DNA of 64,000 bases, taken from NCBI GenBank assembly GCA_965214935.1, contig CBDCCS010000011.1, forward strand, positions 128,001-192,000. Direction: 5' to 3'. Positions 38,536-47,457 of the stretch are shown here, in pieces; within the stretch, counting starts at the first letter, position 1, and every line of letters starts with the position of its first letter. The notes beneath the pieces were generated by a model. That model was not told where the DNA came from. It saw only the letters and a list, made by a program, of their open reading frames with translations, and made no database searches. Both the position numbers and the translations under genes were made by a program. Origin of the DNA: Candidatus Velthaea sp. (GTDB lineage: Bacteria > Vulcanimicrobiota > Vulcanimicrobiia > Vulcanimicrobiales > Vulcanimicrobiaceae).

Positions 38536-39730
38536 GCGCTCGGCGCTCCGAGACGGGCCGCGGGCACGCACGGTCGAGCACGTCGTAAAGCTGCGTGATC
38601 TGCGGTCGAAGATCGTATGGGTGATTGCCGACGAAAAACCCGAAGTCGTGCGCAGTGTCGGCGTTCGGCACGCTTCCGCCGACGATGTCGTAATCGTAGA
38701 AACGTAGCACGTCGTGACGCAGAAAATTCCCGCCGGTGATGATGCGGTAACGAATATCGGCGGCCGTCAAGGCGCCGAAGACGCGAGCCCGGTCGGGCCG
38801 CTGCGCCGGATCGAGAACCACCGTAAAAGCAAACGCCGACGAGCGTCCGTTCTCGCGCTGAACGATGAAGCGATCGTCGGCAGCGAACAGTTGCTGAAAA
38901 TGCGCGAGATTCCGGCGCCGCAGCGCGCTAAACGACGGTAATTTTTTGAGCTGCTCGCGACCGATCGCCGCCTCGATCTCGAGCGGCCGAACGTTATAAC
39001 CGGGTAGGATGAAGCGGTACGCTTCGTAGTGGTCGCTACTGCCGCGTGCATAGATCGGGCTGTCGGCGGGCAGATCGCGCGTCCAGCCGTGCGCGCGTAA
39101 ACTGCAGCAGAGATGCGCGAGCTCCTCGTCGTCCGTGAGGATCATCCCGCCTTCCATCGTCGAAATGTGATGCGAGAAGAAGAAGCTGAACGTATTAAGG
39201 TCTCCGAACGTCCCGGTTTTCCGGCCGTCGATTTCAGCATCCATGCTCTCGCAGTTATCTTCTAAAACGTAGAGACCGTTGCGCCGGGCAAAGGCAATGA
39301 TGACGTCGAGGGCCGCCGGATTGCCCAAAATACTGACCGCAACGATCGCGCGGGTCTTGGGCGTCAGTGCCGCTTGCAACTGTGTGACATCGATGTTGAG
39401 TGTTTGCAGGTCGACGTCGACGAAGCGCAATCGCAATCCGTATTGTTGTAACGGATGGTACGTCGTGGCCCACGAGATCGCCGGCACGATGACTTCGTCA
39501 CCGCGTTCGAGCGGCCGTTCGCGCTTAAAGCACAATGCCGCGACGGAAACCAGATTGGCCGATGAGCCGGAGTTGACCATGATACCGTAACGCCGCCCGA
39601 AATACGCAGCGAACTCCGATTCGAAGGCTGCGACGTTCTCGCCCATGGTATATCGGCCGGAGTCGATGACGCGTTTTGCGGCTTCAACTTCTTGCGGACC
39701 CCAAGTCGGTGCGGCTAGTTCGTATGCCAT
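38519..39730 (-). CDS. ColD-type PLP-dependent NDP-4-keto-6-deoxysugar 3-dehydratase (DegT/DnrJ fold)
   Basis: VNSGSSANL, W.TTY.PL.QYG, EDNCES. FSFFFSHHISTMEGG has His at the usual Schiff-base Lys position. Confidence 0.85.
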   Translation of the reverse strand: MAYELAAPTWGPQEVEAAKRVIDSGRYTMGENVAAFESEFAAYFGRRYGIMVNSGSSANLVSVAALCFKRERPLERGDEVIVPAISWATTYHPLQQYGLRLRFVDVDLQTLNIDVTQLQAALTPKTRAIVAVSILGNPAALDVIIAFARRNGLYVLEDNCESMDAEIDGRKTGTFGDLNTFSFFFSHHISTMEGGMILTDDEELAHLCCSLRAHGWTRDLPADSPIYARGSSDHYEAYRFILPGYNVRPLEIEAAIGREQLKKLPSFSALRRRNLAHFQQLFAADDRFIVQRENGRSSAFAFTVVLDPAQRPDRARVFGALTAADIRYRIITGGNFLRHDVLRFYDYDIVGGSVPNADTAHDFGFFVGNHPYDLRPQITQLYDVLDRACPRPVSERRAHAGAV

Positions 39731-39744
39731 GCTGTGCTCGCTTC

Positions 39745-40812
39745 TTAAAACGGTCCGCGAAATTCGGTTTGGTACGCCAGCGTCGTGCGTTCCGCGCTCG
39801 GCGCCCACGCCGCGTCAGCGGGGCGCACGAGCGACCAGACCTGCGCGGCGATCGTGCGCGGATTGGGATAGAACTGTTCTTCGAGCCACGGACTCGTCGG
39901 GCAAGTCGTGGCGGCAAAGCCGATTCGGGCAACGGTGATGCCTGCGTTCGCCCCGGCCGTTTCGAGCACGCGGGTCACGATCTCGGCGGAAGCCCCGCAA
40001 TTGAGCCAGGCGTTGTCGACCACGAGCAGCCGTTTCGTCCGCTTTGCCGATGCCGCGATCGTGTCGACATCGAGCGGGACCAAGCTGATCGGATCGATGA
40101 CCTCGGCGTCGACACCCACTTCGGCCAACAGCTCCGCTGCGCGCAGCGCTTCGGGCACCATGTTCGAGATGCCGACGACGGTGATGTCGTTACCCGCGCG
40201 CGCGATGCGAGCTTGGCCGAATTCTTGCACGTAAGCGCCTTGCGGAACGTACGCCTGCGTGCCGTAGAGCAGGCGATGCTCCATAAAGACGACCGGATTT
40301 TCGTCGCGAATCGCCGCAATGAGGCAGCCTTTGGCGTCGTAGGCGTTCGATGGCGCGACGACTTTGAGACCCGGAACGTGCATGAACATTGCATGCAAAC
40401 CTTGGCTGTGTTGCGCGCCTTGGCCCCATGATTTGCCGATCATCGAGCGCGTTACGAGCGGCACGTTTACGTTACCGCCGTACATGTAATGCGCTTTAGC
40501 CGCGATGTTGACGAGCTGGTTCATGCAGAGCATGAGAAAATCCATGCGAATGTGCACGTGGATCGGCCGCATTCCGGCCATCGCCGCACCGATCGCAATG
40601 CCGGTCATTGCATCTTCGGAAAGCGGCGTCGTGAAGACGCGCGCCGCACCGTATTTCTCCGCCAAACCGCGGGTTGAACCTTGAATGGCTTTGTGGTCGT
40701 CGACGTCGAGGCCCATGACGAACACCCGCTCGTCGCGGCTCATCTCCCCGTCGACGGCCTCTTGCAGCGCATCGACGTAGCGCAGCAGACGGCCGGCTTC
40801 AGGCGAATACAT
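39745..40812 (-). CDS. TPP-dependent E1-like beta subunit
   Basis: TPLSE....G.AIGAA..GMRP, Q..N.AAK, GAQHSQ, PGLKVV.PS...DAKG.L.AAIRD.NPV.F.EH. Confidence 0.9.
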   Translation of the reverse strand: MYSPEAGRLLRYVDALQEAVDGEMSRDERVFVMGLDVDDHKAIQGSTRGLAEKYGAARVFTTPLSEDAMTGIAIGAAMAGMRPIHVHIRMDFLMLCMNQLVNIAAKAHYMYGGNVNVPLVTRSMIGKSWGQGAQHSQGLHAMFMHVPGLKVVAPSNAYDAKGCLIAAIRDENPVVFMEHRLLYGTQAYVPQGAYVQEFGQARIARAGNDITVVGISNMVPEALRAAELLAEVGVDAEVIDPISLVPLDVDTIAASAKRTKRLLVVDNAWLNCGASAEIVTRVLETAGANAGITVARIGFAATTCPTSPWLEEQFYPNPRTIAAQVWSLVRPADAAWAPSAERTTLAYQTEFRGPF

Positions 40813-41788
40813 GGGTGTGCAATTCTTCGGGTGCCGGTGCGGGGCTGGTCTCGGCGAACGCGATCGAGGCTTCGATTTCGGCTTCGATCTCGGCGTCGAT
40901 GACGGCCCGCTCGGCCGGTGAGATCAGCGCCGCTAGGCGCGCGACTTGATCGCTGCACTTCCAGCGCTCCGCTTCGTCACGCGTGCGATACCCTTGATCG
41001 TAGTCTTCGTTCGGACCGACGTGCTCGCGCCAGCGATACGTTTTGCACTCGATAAATTCGGGCGCGCCGTCACGGACGCGTGCGACGGCGTTCGCGGCGG
41101 TTTCGCGTATGGCAAACACATCGTCGGTCAAATAATGTGCGCGGATGCCGAACGAACGCACGCGCGCGCACAGATCTTCGGTCGCCCAGCGTTTTGTCAG
41201 CGGTTCGTGAATTGCAAAGCCGTTATTTTCGCACACGAATAAGATAGGCAGCTTGTGCAGCGACGCAAAGTTGAGCGTTTCGTAAAAGCAGCCTTCTTCG
41301 GTCGCTCCGTCACCGAAGAATACGGCCACAACACGCCGCTCGGCACGCATCTTCAAAGCCAACGCATAGCCGGCGGCATTGGGAATAACCGTACCGACGA
41401 CGGCCGACGAGCCCATGACGTGAACGGCCGGGTCGATGACATGCATCGAGCCGCCTTTGCCGCGGCAACAGCCGGTGTCTTTACCGAACATTTCCGCCAT
41501 CATTGCCGGCAGACTGCCGCCTTTGGCCAGGTACACGGCATGACTGCGATACGTTCCGCCGGCGATATCGGCTCGATCGAGCGCATCGCAGACACCGACG
41601 GCAATGTGTTCTTGTCCGATCGCCAGGTGGACCGGACTTTTGATTTTATCAGTCGGATAAATCTCGGCGATCGATTCTTCGACCCGCCGAATCCGGCGCA
41701 ATTGGCGGTACAGCCGTAGCGTCAGTGCGCCACCGTCTGGCAGGCCTGCAAGGCCGTCGAAATCGCGGGCGGTAAGCGTATGCGTCAT
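40799..41788 (-). CDS. TPP-dependent E1-like alpha subunit
   Basis: HLAIGQE, YRSH, G.GGSMH, GDGA...ENN TPP motif, TYRW.EHVG. ATG at 41788. Confidence 0.9.
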   Translation of the reverse strand: MTHTLTARDFDGLAGLPDGGALTLRLYRQLRRIRRVEESIAEIYPTDKIKSPVHLAIGQEHIAVGVCDALDRADIAGGTYRSHAVYLAKGGSLPAMMAEMFGKDTGCCRGKGGSMHVIDPAVHVMGSSAVVGTVIPNAAGYALALKMRAERRVVAVFFGDGATEEGCFYETLNFASLHKLPILFVCENNGFAIHEPLTKRWATEDLCARVRSFGIRAHYLTDDVFAIRETAANAVARVRDGAPEFIECKTYRWREHVGPNEDYDQGYRTRDEAERWKCSDQVARLAALISPAERAVIDAEIEAEIEASIAFAETSPAPAPEELHTHVFA

Positions 41789-42831
41789 GCGTTCGATACC
41801 CGGCTTTCGATCGTCGTGCGTACCGGCGCGGACGGCTGGTCGGCGCCTTGCTCGTACAGAACGACGCGGCTCCCGGCTTTCTCGAAGCGGAACGGGACGT
41901 ACGTCATCGGCTCGAGCGCCTCGCGAACAGCGGCCTGACGTTCGGGCGGCACAAACAGCAAAAGAAAGCCGCCGCCGCCCGCGCCGAGAATTTTTCCGCC
42001 GATTGCGCCGGACGCAAGTGCCGTATCGTACGCCGAGTCGATTTCCGGCGTCGAGACACTCTTCGCAAGGGAACGCTTGAAGGTCCAACTGTGATGCAGC
42101 AGCCGGCCGAATTCCGCGATCGGAATGTGCGAATCGGCGAGAATCGCTTCGGCTTGCGGAACCATCAAGCCCAAAGCCGCAAGCTCGGCTTTGCGATCCT
42201 TGAAATTGCTGATGACTTCTTTTGCAATAACGGTCGCATAGCGCGAGAGTCCGGTGAAGAACAGCATGAGATGACCTTGGAGTTCCTCGACACGTGCGCG
42301 GTCGATAATGAGCGGCACGACATCGAAATCGTCTTCGGCCGAAAAGTGAACCTTATTGAAACCGCCGAACGCGGCACATACTTGGTCTTGCGAACCGACG
42401 TGCTCGCCGATGATTTCCTGCTCGATATAGATCGCGCTGCGTGCAAGTTCTTCGCGCGAGATCGAGCGACCGGATAGCGCGCGTAACGCGTGGATGAGAC
42501 CGACGGTGAATGAAGAGCTCGAACCTAAACCGGAGCGTGCGGGAAGATCGCCGTCATGATGCATTTCGAGACCGGCTTCGCAACCCGACCAGCGCAAGAC
42601 CGCGCGCGCCGACGGATGCACGATCTCGTCGACGAGGCTGACGGTCTCAATTTTCGAGTACACGATCCGGTGCTTGTACTCGAAGAACGGCGGTAGTTCG
42701 CGACACGTGATGTAGCAATACTTATTGATCGTCGTCGCCAAGACATCACCGCCGTGCTCGCGATACCAGGCCGGGTAGTCGGTTCCGCCACCGAAGAACG
42801 ATATGCGAAACGGCGTCTTGGTAATGATCAC
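41785..42831 (-). CDS. hddA: GHMP kinase, D-glycero-alpha-D-manno-heptose-7-phosphate kinase-like
   Basis: TPFRISFFGGGTDYP, PARSGLGSSS, GSQDQ..AFGG, GGKILGAGGGG. Confidence 0.85.
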   Translation of the reverse strand: MIITKTPFRISFFGGGTDYPAWYREHGGDVLATTINKYCYITCRELPPFFEYKHRIVYSKIETVSLVDEIVHPSARAVLRWSGCEAGLEMHHDGDLPARSGLGSSSSFTVGLIHALRALSGRSISREELARSAIYIEQEIIGEHVGSQDQVCAAFGGFNKVHFSAEDDFDVVPLIIDRARVEELQGHLMLFFTGLSRYATVIAKEVISNFKDRKAELAALGLMVPQAEAILADSHIPIAEFGRLLHHSWTFKRSLAKSVSTPEIDSAYDTALASGAIGGKILGAGGGGFLLLFVPPERQAAVREALEPMTYVPFRFEKAGSRVVLYEQGADQPSAPVRTTIESRVSNA

Positions 42832-42955
42832 AGCTGTCCTTCAATCACGGCCGGCGACGCGCTCGAAATATCCGGGCGCTCATCTACCTATCGACCGAAC
42901 CCAATGCCGGCTTTACCACGACAGACCGGAGCGCGTACGGCGAGATTGCCGGACG

Positions 42956-43777
42956 CTACTCGGCGCCCAGGCACAAGGTCATTTGCGTCGCTTGCGCGGC
43001 GTTGGTGATGAGATGATGAACGATCGGGAACGACCGCGCGATGTAACGATTGAACTCGCGCAAGTTCCATTCGCGCACGTGCGTTTCATTACGCGGCGGG
43101 CCGGCGCGATATGGATCGCCGGGAGGATACACGAGGTCGCGATCGGGCGTCGAGAAGATGATCAATTTTGCGTGCAGTCCTTTGATGAACGCGACGAGTT
43201 CGTCCGGATCGAGGACATGCTCGATGACATCGGAGCAGACGACGAGATCGGGTGCGCGCAGCCCGCGATCCGATAAACGGCACTCTGCCCAGCGTCGCTG
43301 CGGATAGGCTTGCCGCAGGTAATTGACGGTTTCGAGTACGTCGAAACCGCATGTATCGTATTGCCCCATGTATTTCAACAATTTATATGCCGAACCGCAG
43401 CCGATGTCGTAGACGCTCGTGAACTGCCGGTCGCGCATGACGTTCTGTGCATACTCGTAGACCTCGCGTTGCCAGCCGTCGGTATTGACCGTGTCGTCGA
43501 AGTAGCGCACGTGGTCGCGTGCACGGTATGCGGAGTCGATGCAGTACGATTCGGCGGGTGTCGCGGTCGGCGCTATCGCGTCGTACGCGTCGGCGACCGG
43601 TTGAACGGCGGCGACCAGCTTGGCCAAACCGCAGCGCCGGCAGATGAGGCAGGCGAAGTCGAGTTCGGCGAGCGTCGTCTTCCGCTCGTGATAGCTCTCG
43701 TTACCGCATCTTTCGCAAGCAAGCTTTTGAGTCGGAAGGCCACCGGCCGAGACGCTCAAATCGATCGTGCTGCTCAT
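42956..43777 (-). CDS. Class I SAM methyltransferase with N-terminal zinc ribbon
   Basis: CERCG..C..CGL, YDIGCGSA, DLVVCSDVIEHVLDP, STPDRD, HVREW. Confidence 0.85.
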   Translation of the reverse strand: MSSTIDLSVSAGGLPTQKLACERCGNESYHERKTTLAELDFACLICRRCGLAKLVAAVQPVADAYDAIAPTATPAESYCIDSAYRARDHVRYFDDTVNTDGWQREVYEYAQNVMRDRQFTSVYDIGCGSAYKLLKYMGQYDTCGFDVLETVNYLRQAYPQRRWAECRLSDRGLRAPDLVVCSDVIEHVLDPDELVAFIKGLHAKLIIFSTPDRDLVYPPGDPYRAGPPRNETHVREWNLREFNRYIARSFPIVHHLITNAAQATQMTLCLGAE

Positions 43778-44072
43778 GCGTCGCGTCGTCTCCTTAACTG
43801 CGCGGCAATTGCGGTGTGCCGGCACGATATACTATAGTCAACCATGCATCGTCGGTGTACCCGTACGGTCTGACGCCTTTGTGTAAGCGCAGTGTCATGA
43901 TGCGGTTAACAGTCGGCTTCGCTGCGTAATGCGCGGCGAGCAATTGCCGCTACCGAACTTTAACGCAGGCCCGAGCGGTTTTTTAACCAGCCGCGGCGCA
44001 CGACCGCTCAACGCGTAGAGCCTAATTCTTGAGCGACTTTGGTTCGGCCGGCAAGAAAGCAAAGTAAGCGAC

Positions 44073-45035
44073 GTGCGATTCAATATTATTTACGGTAACC
44101 ATGGTGCAAGTCCGGTGCACATCGAAGATCTGCTCAAAATCGTCAAGTGCGGATTGACGCAAGCCGGGCATTACGTAACGTACGACAACGTCGTCATGCC
44201 TCAGGCGTGTAACGTGTTACTCGAGTGTTTCACCGATGAAACGGCCGATATGATCGTCGATGCGGCGCGCAACGGGTATACGTTTGTAACGATCGTAACG
44301 GAGTTCGTTACGGGCGATACGTTCAATAACCGCGCGAACACAAGCTTGCAAACGACGAATCCCTCGCATGACTGGTACAGCAACCACGCGGTTTGGAAGA
44401 ACCGGTTCGATACGTTCTGTAAGGTTGCTGCCGTGAGCCGGGCGATCTGGTGCGTCGCCGATGGACAGCTCGAGGGTTACCTGCGTATCACCGACCGGCG
44501 CAACGTGCACGTGCTGCCGCTGCACTATGTGGACGGATACGCAACGGTGCAACATCAGAGCGACGAAACAAAGGATATCGATTTCCTTTTCACCGGTACC
44601 TTGAACGAGCGACGCTGCGAAATTCTCGATAAATTACGTGCTGCGGGCGCTTATGTCGTCGGAGCCGCGACCAACACGCCGACCTTTATTCGTGACAATT
44701 TCATCGGACGATCGAAGATCTGTTTGAATCTCATGCAGACCGATGCATGGACCGATTACTCGTCGATTCGTTTCTATTACCACGTCATGAATAGCTCGTA
44801 TCTCGTTTCCGAGCGGGCCGCGCCGGCGCCGGGCGGCGCAAGCTTCAATCCGATGAACGCATACGTTGACATTTTTGACAAAGAGCCTTTCGTCGACATC
44901 TGTTTGGCGTTGCTCAAAGAAGCGCAATTCACGGCACGCGGCCGCCAAAAGCACGCTGCCTTTAAGCAGGCCGCCGGCGCTACGTCTCCATTTAGCAATC
45001 TGCTCGACGTCACGTTCGCCGCGTCGCACGCATAG
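44073..45035 (+). CDS. Hypothetical protein, GT-B-like (Glyco_trans_1_2-like)
   Basis: KDIDFLFTG..NERR..IL..L, RD..I.RSKICLNL, SIRF, VSE. Visibly lower GC than flanks. Confidence 0.6.
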   Translation: MRFNIIYGNHGASPVHIEDLLKIVKCGLTQAGHYVTYDNVVMPQACNVLLECFTDETADMIVDAARNGYTFVTIVTEFVTGDTFNNRANTSLQTTNPSHDWYSNHAVWKNRFDTFCKVAAVSRAIWCVADGQLEGYLRITDRRNVHVLPLHYVDGYATVQHQSDETKDIDFLFTGTLNERRCEILDKLRAAGAYVVGAATNTPTFIRDNFIGRSKICLNLMQTDAWTDYSSIRFYYHVMNSSYLVSERAAPAPGGASFNPMNAYVDIFDKEPFVDICLALLKEAQFTARGRQKHAAFKQAAGATSPFSNLLDVTFAASHA

Positions 45036-46671
45036 CGGCTCGGAATGCGCGGATCTCCGCGCCGAGCGCTGCAATGACGGACTCCCAGGCGCCGTCGGCC
45101 CCTTGGCGCAGCAAGCGTAACGTCGGGTACCAGGGCGAAACGTCACCGGCCGTCAGCCAGCGCCAATCGGGCCGGTTTGAAAGCAGAACCCAGCCCGGTT
45201 TGCCTAACGCTCCGGTCAGATGAGCGACCGATGTGTCGACGCTGACGACGGCGTCGAGTTGCGCGATGATGGCCGCGGTGTCGGCGAAGTCGTTGGCGGC
45301 GGCATTGATCGGTACGAGCGGCAGCGTCGCAGACTGCTGCTCGGCGACTGCCGGCCCTTGCTGCAGCGCATACCAAGTGACGTCTGCGATGTCACGCAGC
45401 GCTTCGAGTGCTTGCAGGCCGCACGAACGGTTCTCGTTCCAGCGAAATTGCGGGCTGCCGGACCAGACGAGGCCGATACGCAGGGTGCCGTCCGGTTCGA
45501 TCGACGGACGCAGTCGCTCGATCCGTTTCGGCTCGGCAGCCAAGTACGGCACCGCAGAGAGTTGAGCCGGCTCAACGTCAAGCACCACCGGCAGACGAAT
45601 CGTCGGCAACCACAGGTCGAAACCGTCGAGCGCTGAGTCGTCATCGATCAGCGCTATTCCAAGACCGGAGAACAAATCTCGCAGCGCGGGCCGGCACGCC
45701 AGCGTAACACTGGCGCCGCGGTCCTGCACCGTTTGCAAAAAGCGCACCATTTGGATCGTGTCGCCGGCCCCTTGTTCGGGGACGACGAGGATGCGCTTAC
45801 CGGTCGGGTCCGTGCCGCTCCACATCGGCAGCTCGCGAAAGACCCGACTCGAACGGCGTTCCGCCGTTTCCCAGCCATACTGCGGCCAGCCGCTCCGGTA
45901 GTCGCCGAGCAGCAAGCGAGTCGTGCCCAAGTTGACGTGCGCGTCGAGCGATCCGCACGCGATCGCGCGCTCGAACGCCGCGAGTGCAGCAGAGTAATCT
46001 CCCGCGTGTTTCTGCGCGATGCCGAGCGTATTGTGTGCTTGCGCGTGAATCGGATCGAGTTCGAGTGCCGAACGGCAGGCCGAAATTGCTTGCGGCAGCC
46101 GGTTGAGATGCGTGTACGCCGCCGCAAGATTCGCAAAGGCGTCCGCGTGACGTTCGAGTTGCAATGCCGCCAGCGAGGCCTGCGCGGCACCGGTATAGTC
46201 GCCGTGTTGCCAGCGTGCGGCGCCGAGGGTCCGTAAAAGACCCGCATCGCGCATACCGCGCTCGAGCGCTGCACCGGCAACGGCGCAAGCTTCAGCGGTT
46301 CGTCCGAGCCGCAGTGCGACGCGGCTCAAACCGCTCAGGGTCGCCTCGGCCGTCGGGTCGAGGCGATATGCATCGTTGTACGCGGCGTACGCAGCTTCGA
46401 GGTCCGAGTCGGCTTCGTCGATCGCTGCGAGCGCGCGAAGCGTCGCCGCGTCGTTCGGCTCGATGCGCAGCGCGCGTTGAACGAGATCGCGCGCCGAGCG
46501 ACGATCGCCGGTTTGCAAAGCAACGATGCCCAGTAAGCGCCACGCCTCGGCGCGCTCCGGCTCGCGAGCCAGGACGAGTGTATAAGTGTCGATTGCTGCG
46601 GCAAAACGGCCCGCGCAGTGATGAGCGGTGCCGGCTTGCATGAGATCGGCGACGTCCGCGCCGGACATCAA
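45010..46671 (-). CDS. TPR-containing glycosyltransferase (GT9-like C-terminus)
   Basis: TPR repeats, EQG.GD.IQ..RF, RIGLVWSG, DFADTAAII..LD.V.SVDTSVAHL.GALG, DWRW, SPWYP. Confidence 0.85.
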   Translation of the reverse strand: MMSGADVADLMQAGTAHHCAGRFAAAIDTYTLVLAREPERAEAWRLLGIVALQTGDRRSARDLVQRALRIEPNDAATLRALAAIDEADSDLEAAYAAYNDAYRLDPTAEATLSGLSRVALRLGRTAEACAVAGAALERGMRDAGLLRTLGAARWQHGDYTGAAQASLAALQLERHADAFANLAAAYTHLNRLPQAISACRSALELDPIHAQAHNTLGIAQKHAGDYSAALAAFERAIACGSLDAHVNLGTTRLLLGDYRSGWPQYGWETAERRSSRVFRELPMWSGTDPTGKRILVVPEQGAGDTIQMVRFLQTVQDRGASVTLACRPALRDLFSGLGIALIDDDSALDGFDLWLPTIRLPVVLDVEPAQLSAVPYLAAEPKRIERLRPSIEPDGTLRIGLVWSGSPQFRWNENRSCGLQALEALRDIADVTWYALQQGPAVAEQQSATLPLVPINAAANDFADTAAIIAQLDAVVSVDTSVAHLTGALGKPGWVLLSNRPDWRWLTAGDVSPWYPTLRLLRQGADGAWESVIAALGAEIRAFRAAMRATRRT

Positions 46672-46686
46672 AGGATCGCGGCCGTT

Positions 46687-47457
46687 CTAGTCGACGATGA
46701 TATAATCGATTGTTGCCGCGCTGTGCGATTCACGAATCGTGGCGCGCTTGGTATCGTACGGAACGATCCGGTACGTATTGCCGGATTCGGCGACGAGCAT
46801 GCGTTCGATCGAGGTCGCCGCGTGCTGTTCCCACTCTTGCGGCTGTGCGGTGTCGCTCGCGCGATCGTAATGTTTGCACCGGACGCCGGCATGAACGGCA
46901 ACGCGCCAACCCGCACGGCGCACGCTTTCGCAGAAGAGATAATCTTCGTTACATACACGAACGCGTGCCGCAAGCTCCTCAACGTAGACCTGCGTGTTGA
47001 AATACGGCGCCGGCATGCTGCGCAGAGCGCCGACGCGGATTGCGACGCAACCGAATCCGACGACATCGCAGTACGTCAAACCATCGCGAAATGCGGGAAT
47101 AGCAGCAGTCGTCGTATCGGCGGATTGCCAATGGTCGGCGATCATGGGATGAACGCCGTCGCGCGAATAGTACAGCGCGCCGACGACCGCTAATTGCGCG
47201 TCGCTCTGCAGCGCGTCGAGCATTGTTTCGAGCGCATCGGGCGGCACGATCATGTCATCGTCGAGCATGACGAGAACGTCGGCGTTGCTTGCCGTAGCAC
47301 GCCGCGCTGCAAGCTCGCGTTGTCCCGGGACGAAATTCCCCTCGACGGTCAGTGTGTCGAAGGCGGCAATGCCGTCAGGTAATCGAAGCGCGCGAAGCGA
47401 GGCGAGAAACGGCGCAGCCGGATGGCCGCCGGTCGGCAAAGCCAATAAAACGTTCAT
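46687..47457 (-). CDS. GT-A fold glycosyltransferase-like protein
   Basis: LVMLDDDM, VVGALY, GFGC.AI, NEDY.FC...R.AG. Confidence 0.75.
   Translation of the reverse strand: MNVLLALPTGGHPAAPFLASLRALRLPDGIAAFDTLTVEGNFVPGQRELAARRATASNADVLVMLDDDMIVPPDALETMLDALQSDAQLAVVGALYYSRDGVHPMIADHWQSADTTTAAIPAFRDGLTYCDVVGFGCVAIRVGALRSMPAPYFNTQVYVEELAARVRVCNEDYLFCESVRRAGWRVAVHAGVRCKHYDRASDTAQPQEWEQHAATSIERMLVAESGNTYRIVPYDTKRATIRESHSAATIDYIIVD

Noticed and set aside
39745..41788. Pyruvate/acetoin dehydrogenase complex
   Set aside because: No E2/E3 or lipoyl genes are nearby, and the pair is embedded in an NDP-sugar operon, so a sugar-branching role fits better.
43940..43960. ops/JUMPStart element ahead of the sugar operon
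   Set aside because: The minus strand reads TTCGGTAGCGGC, only a partial match to GGCGGTAG.
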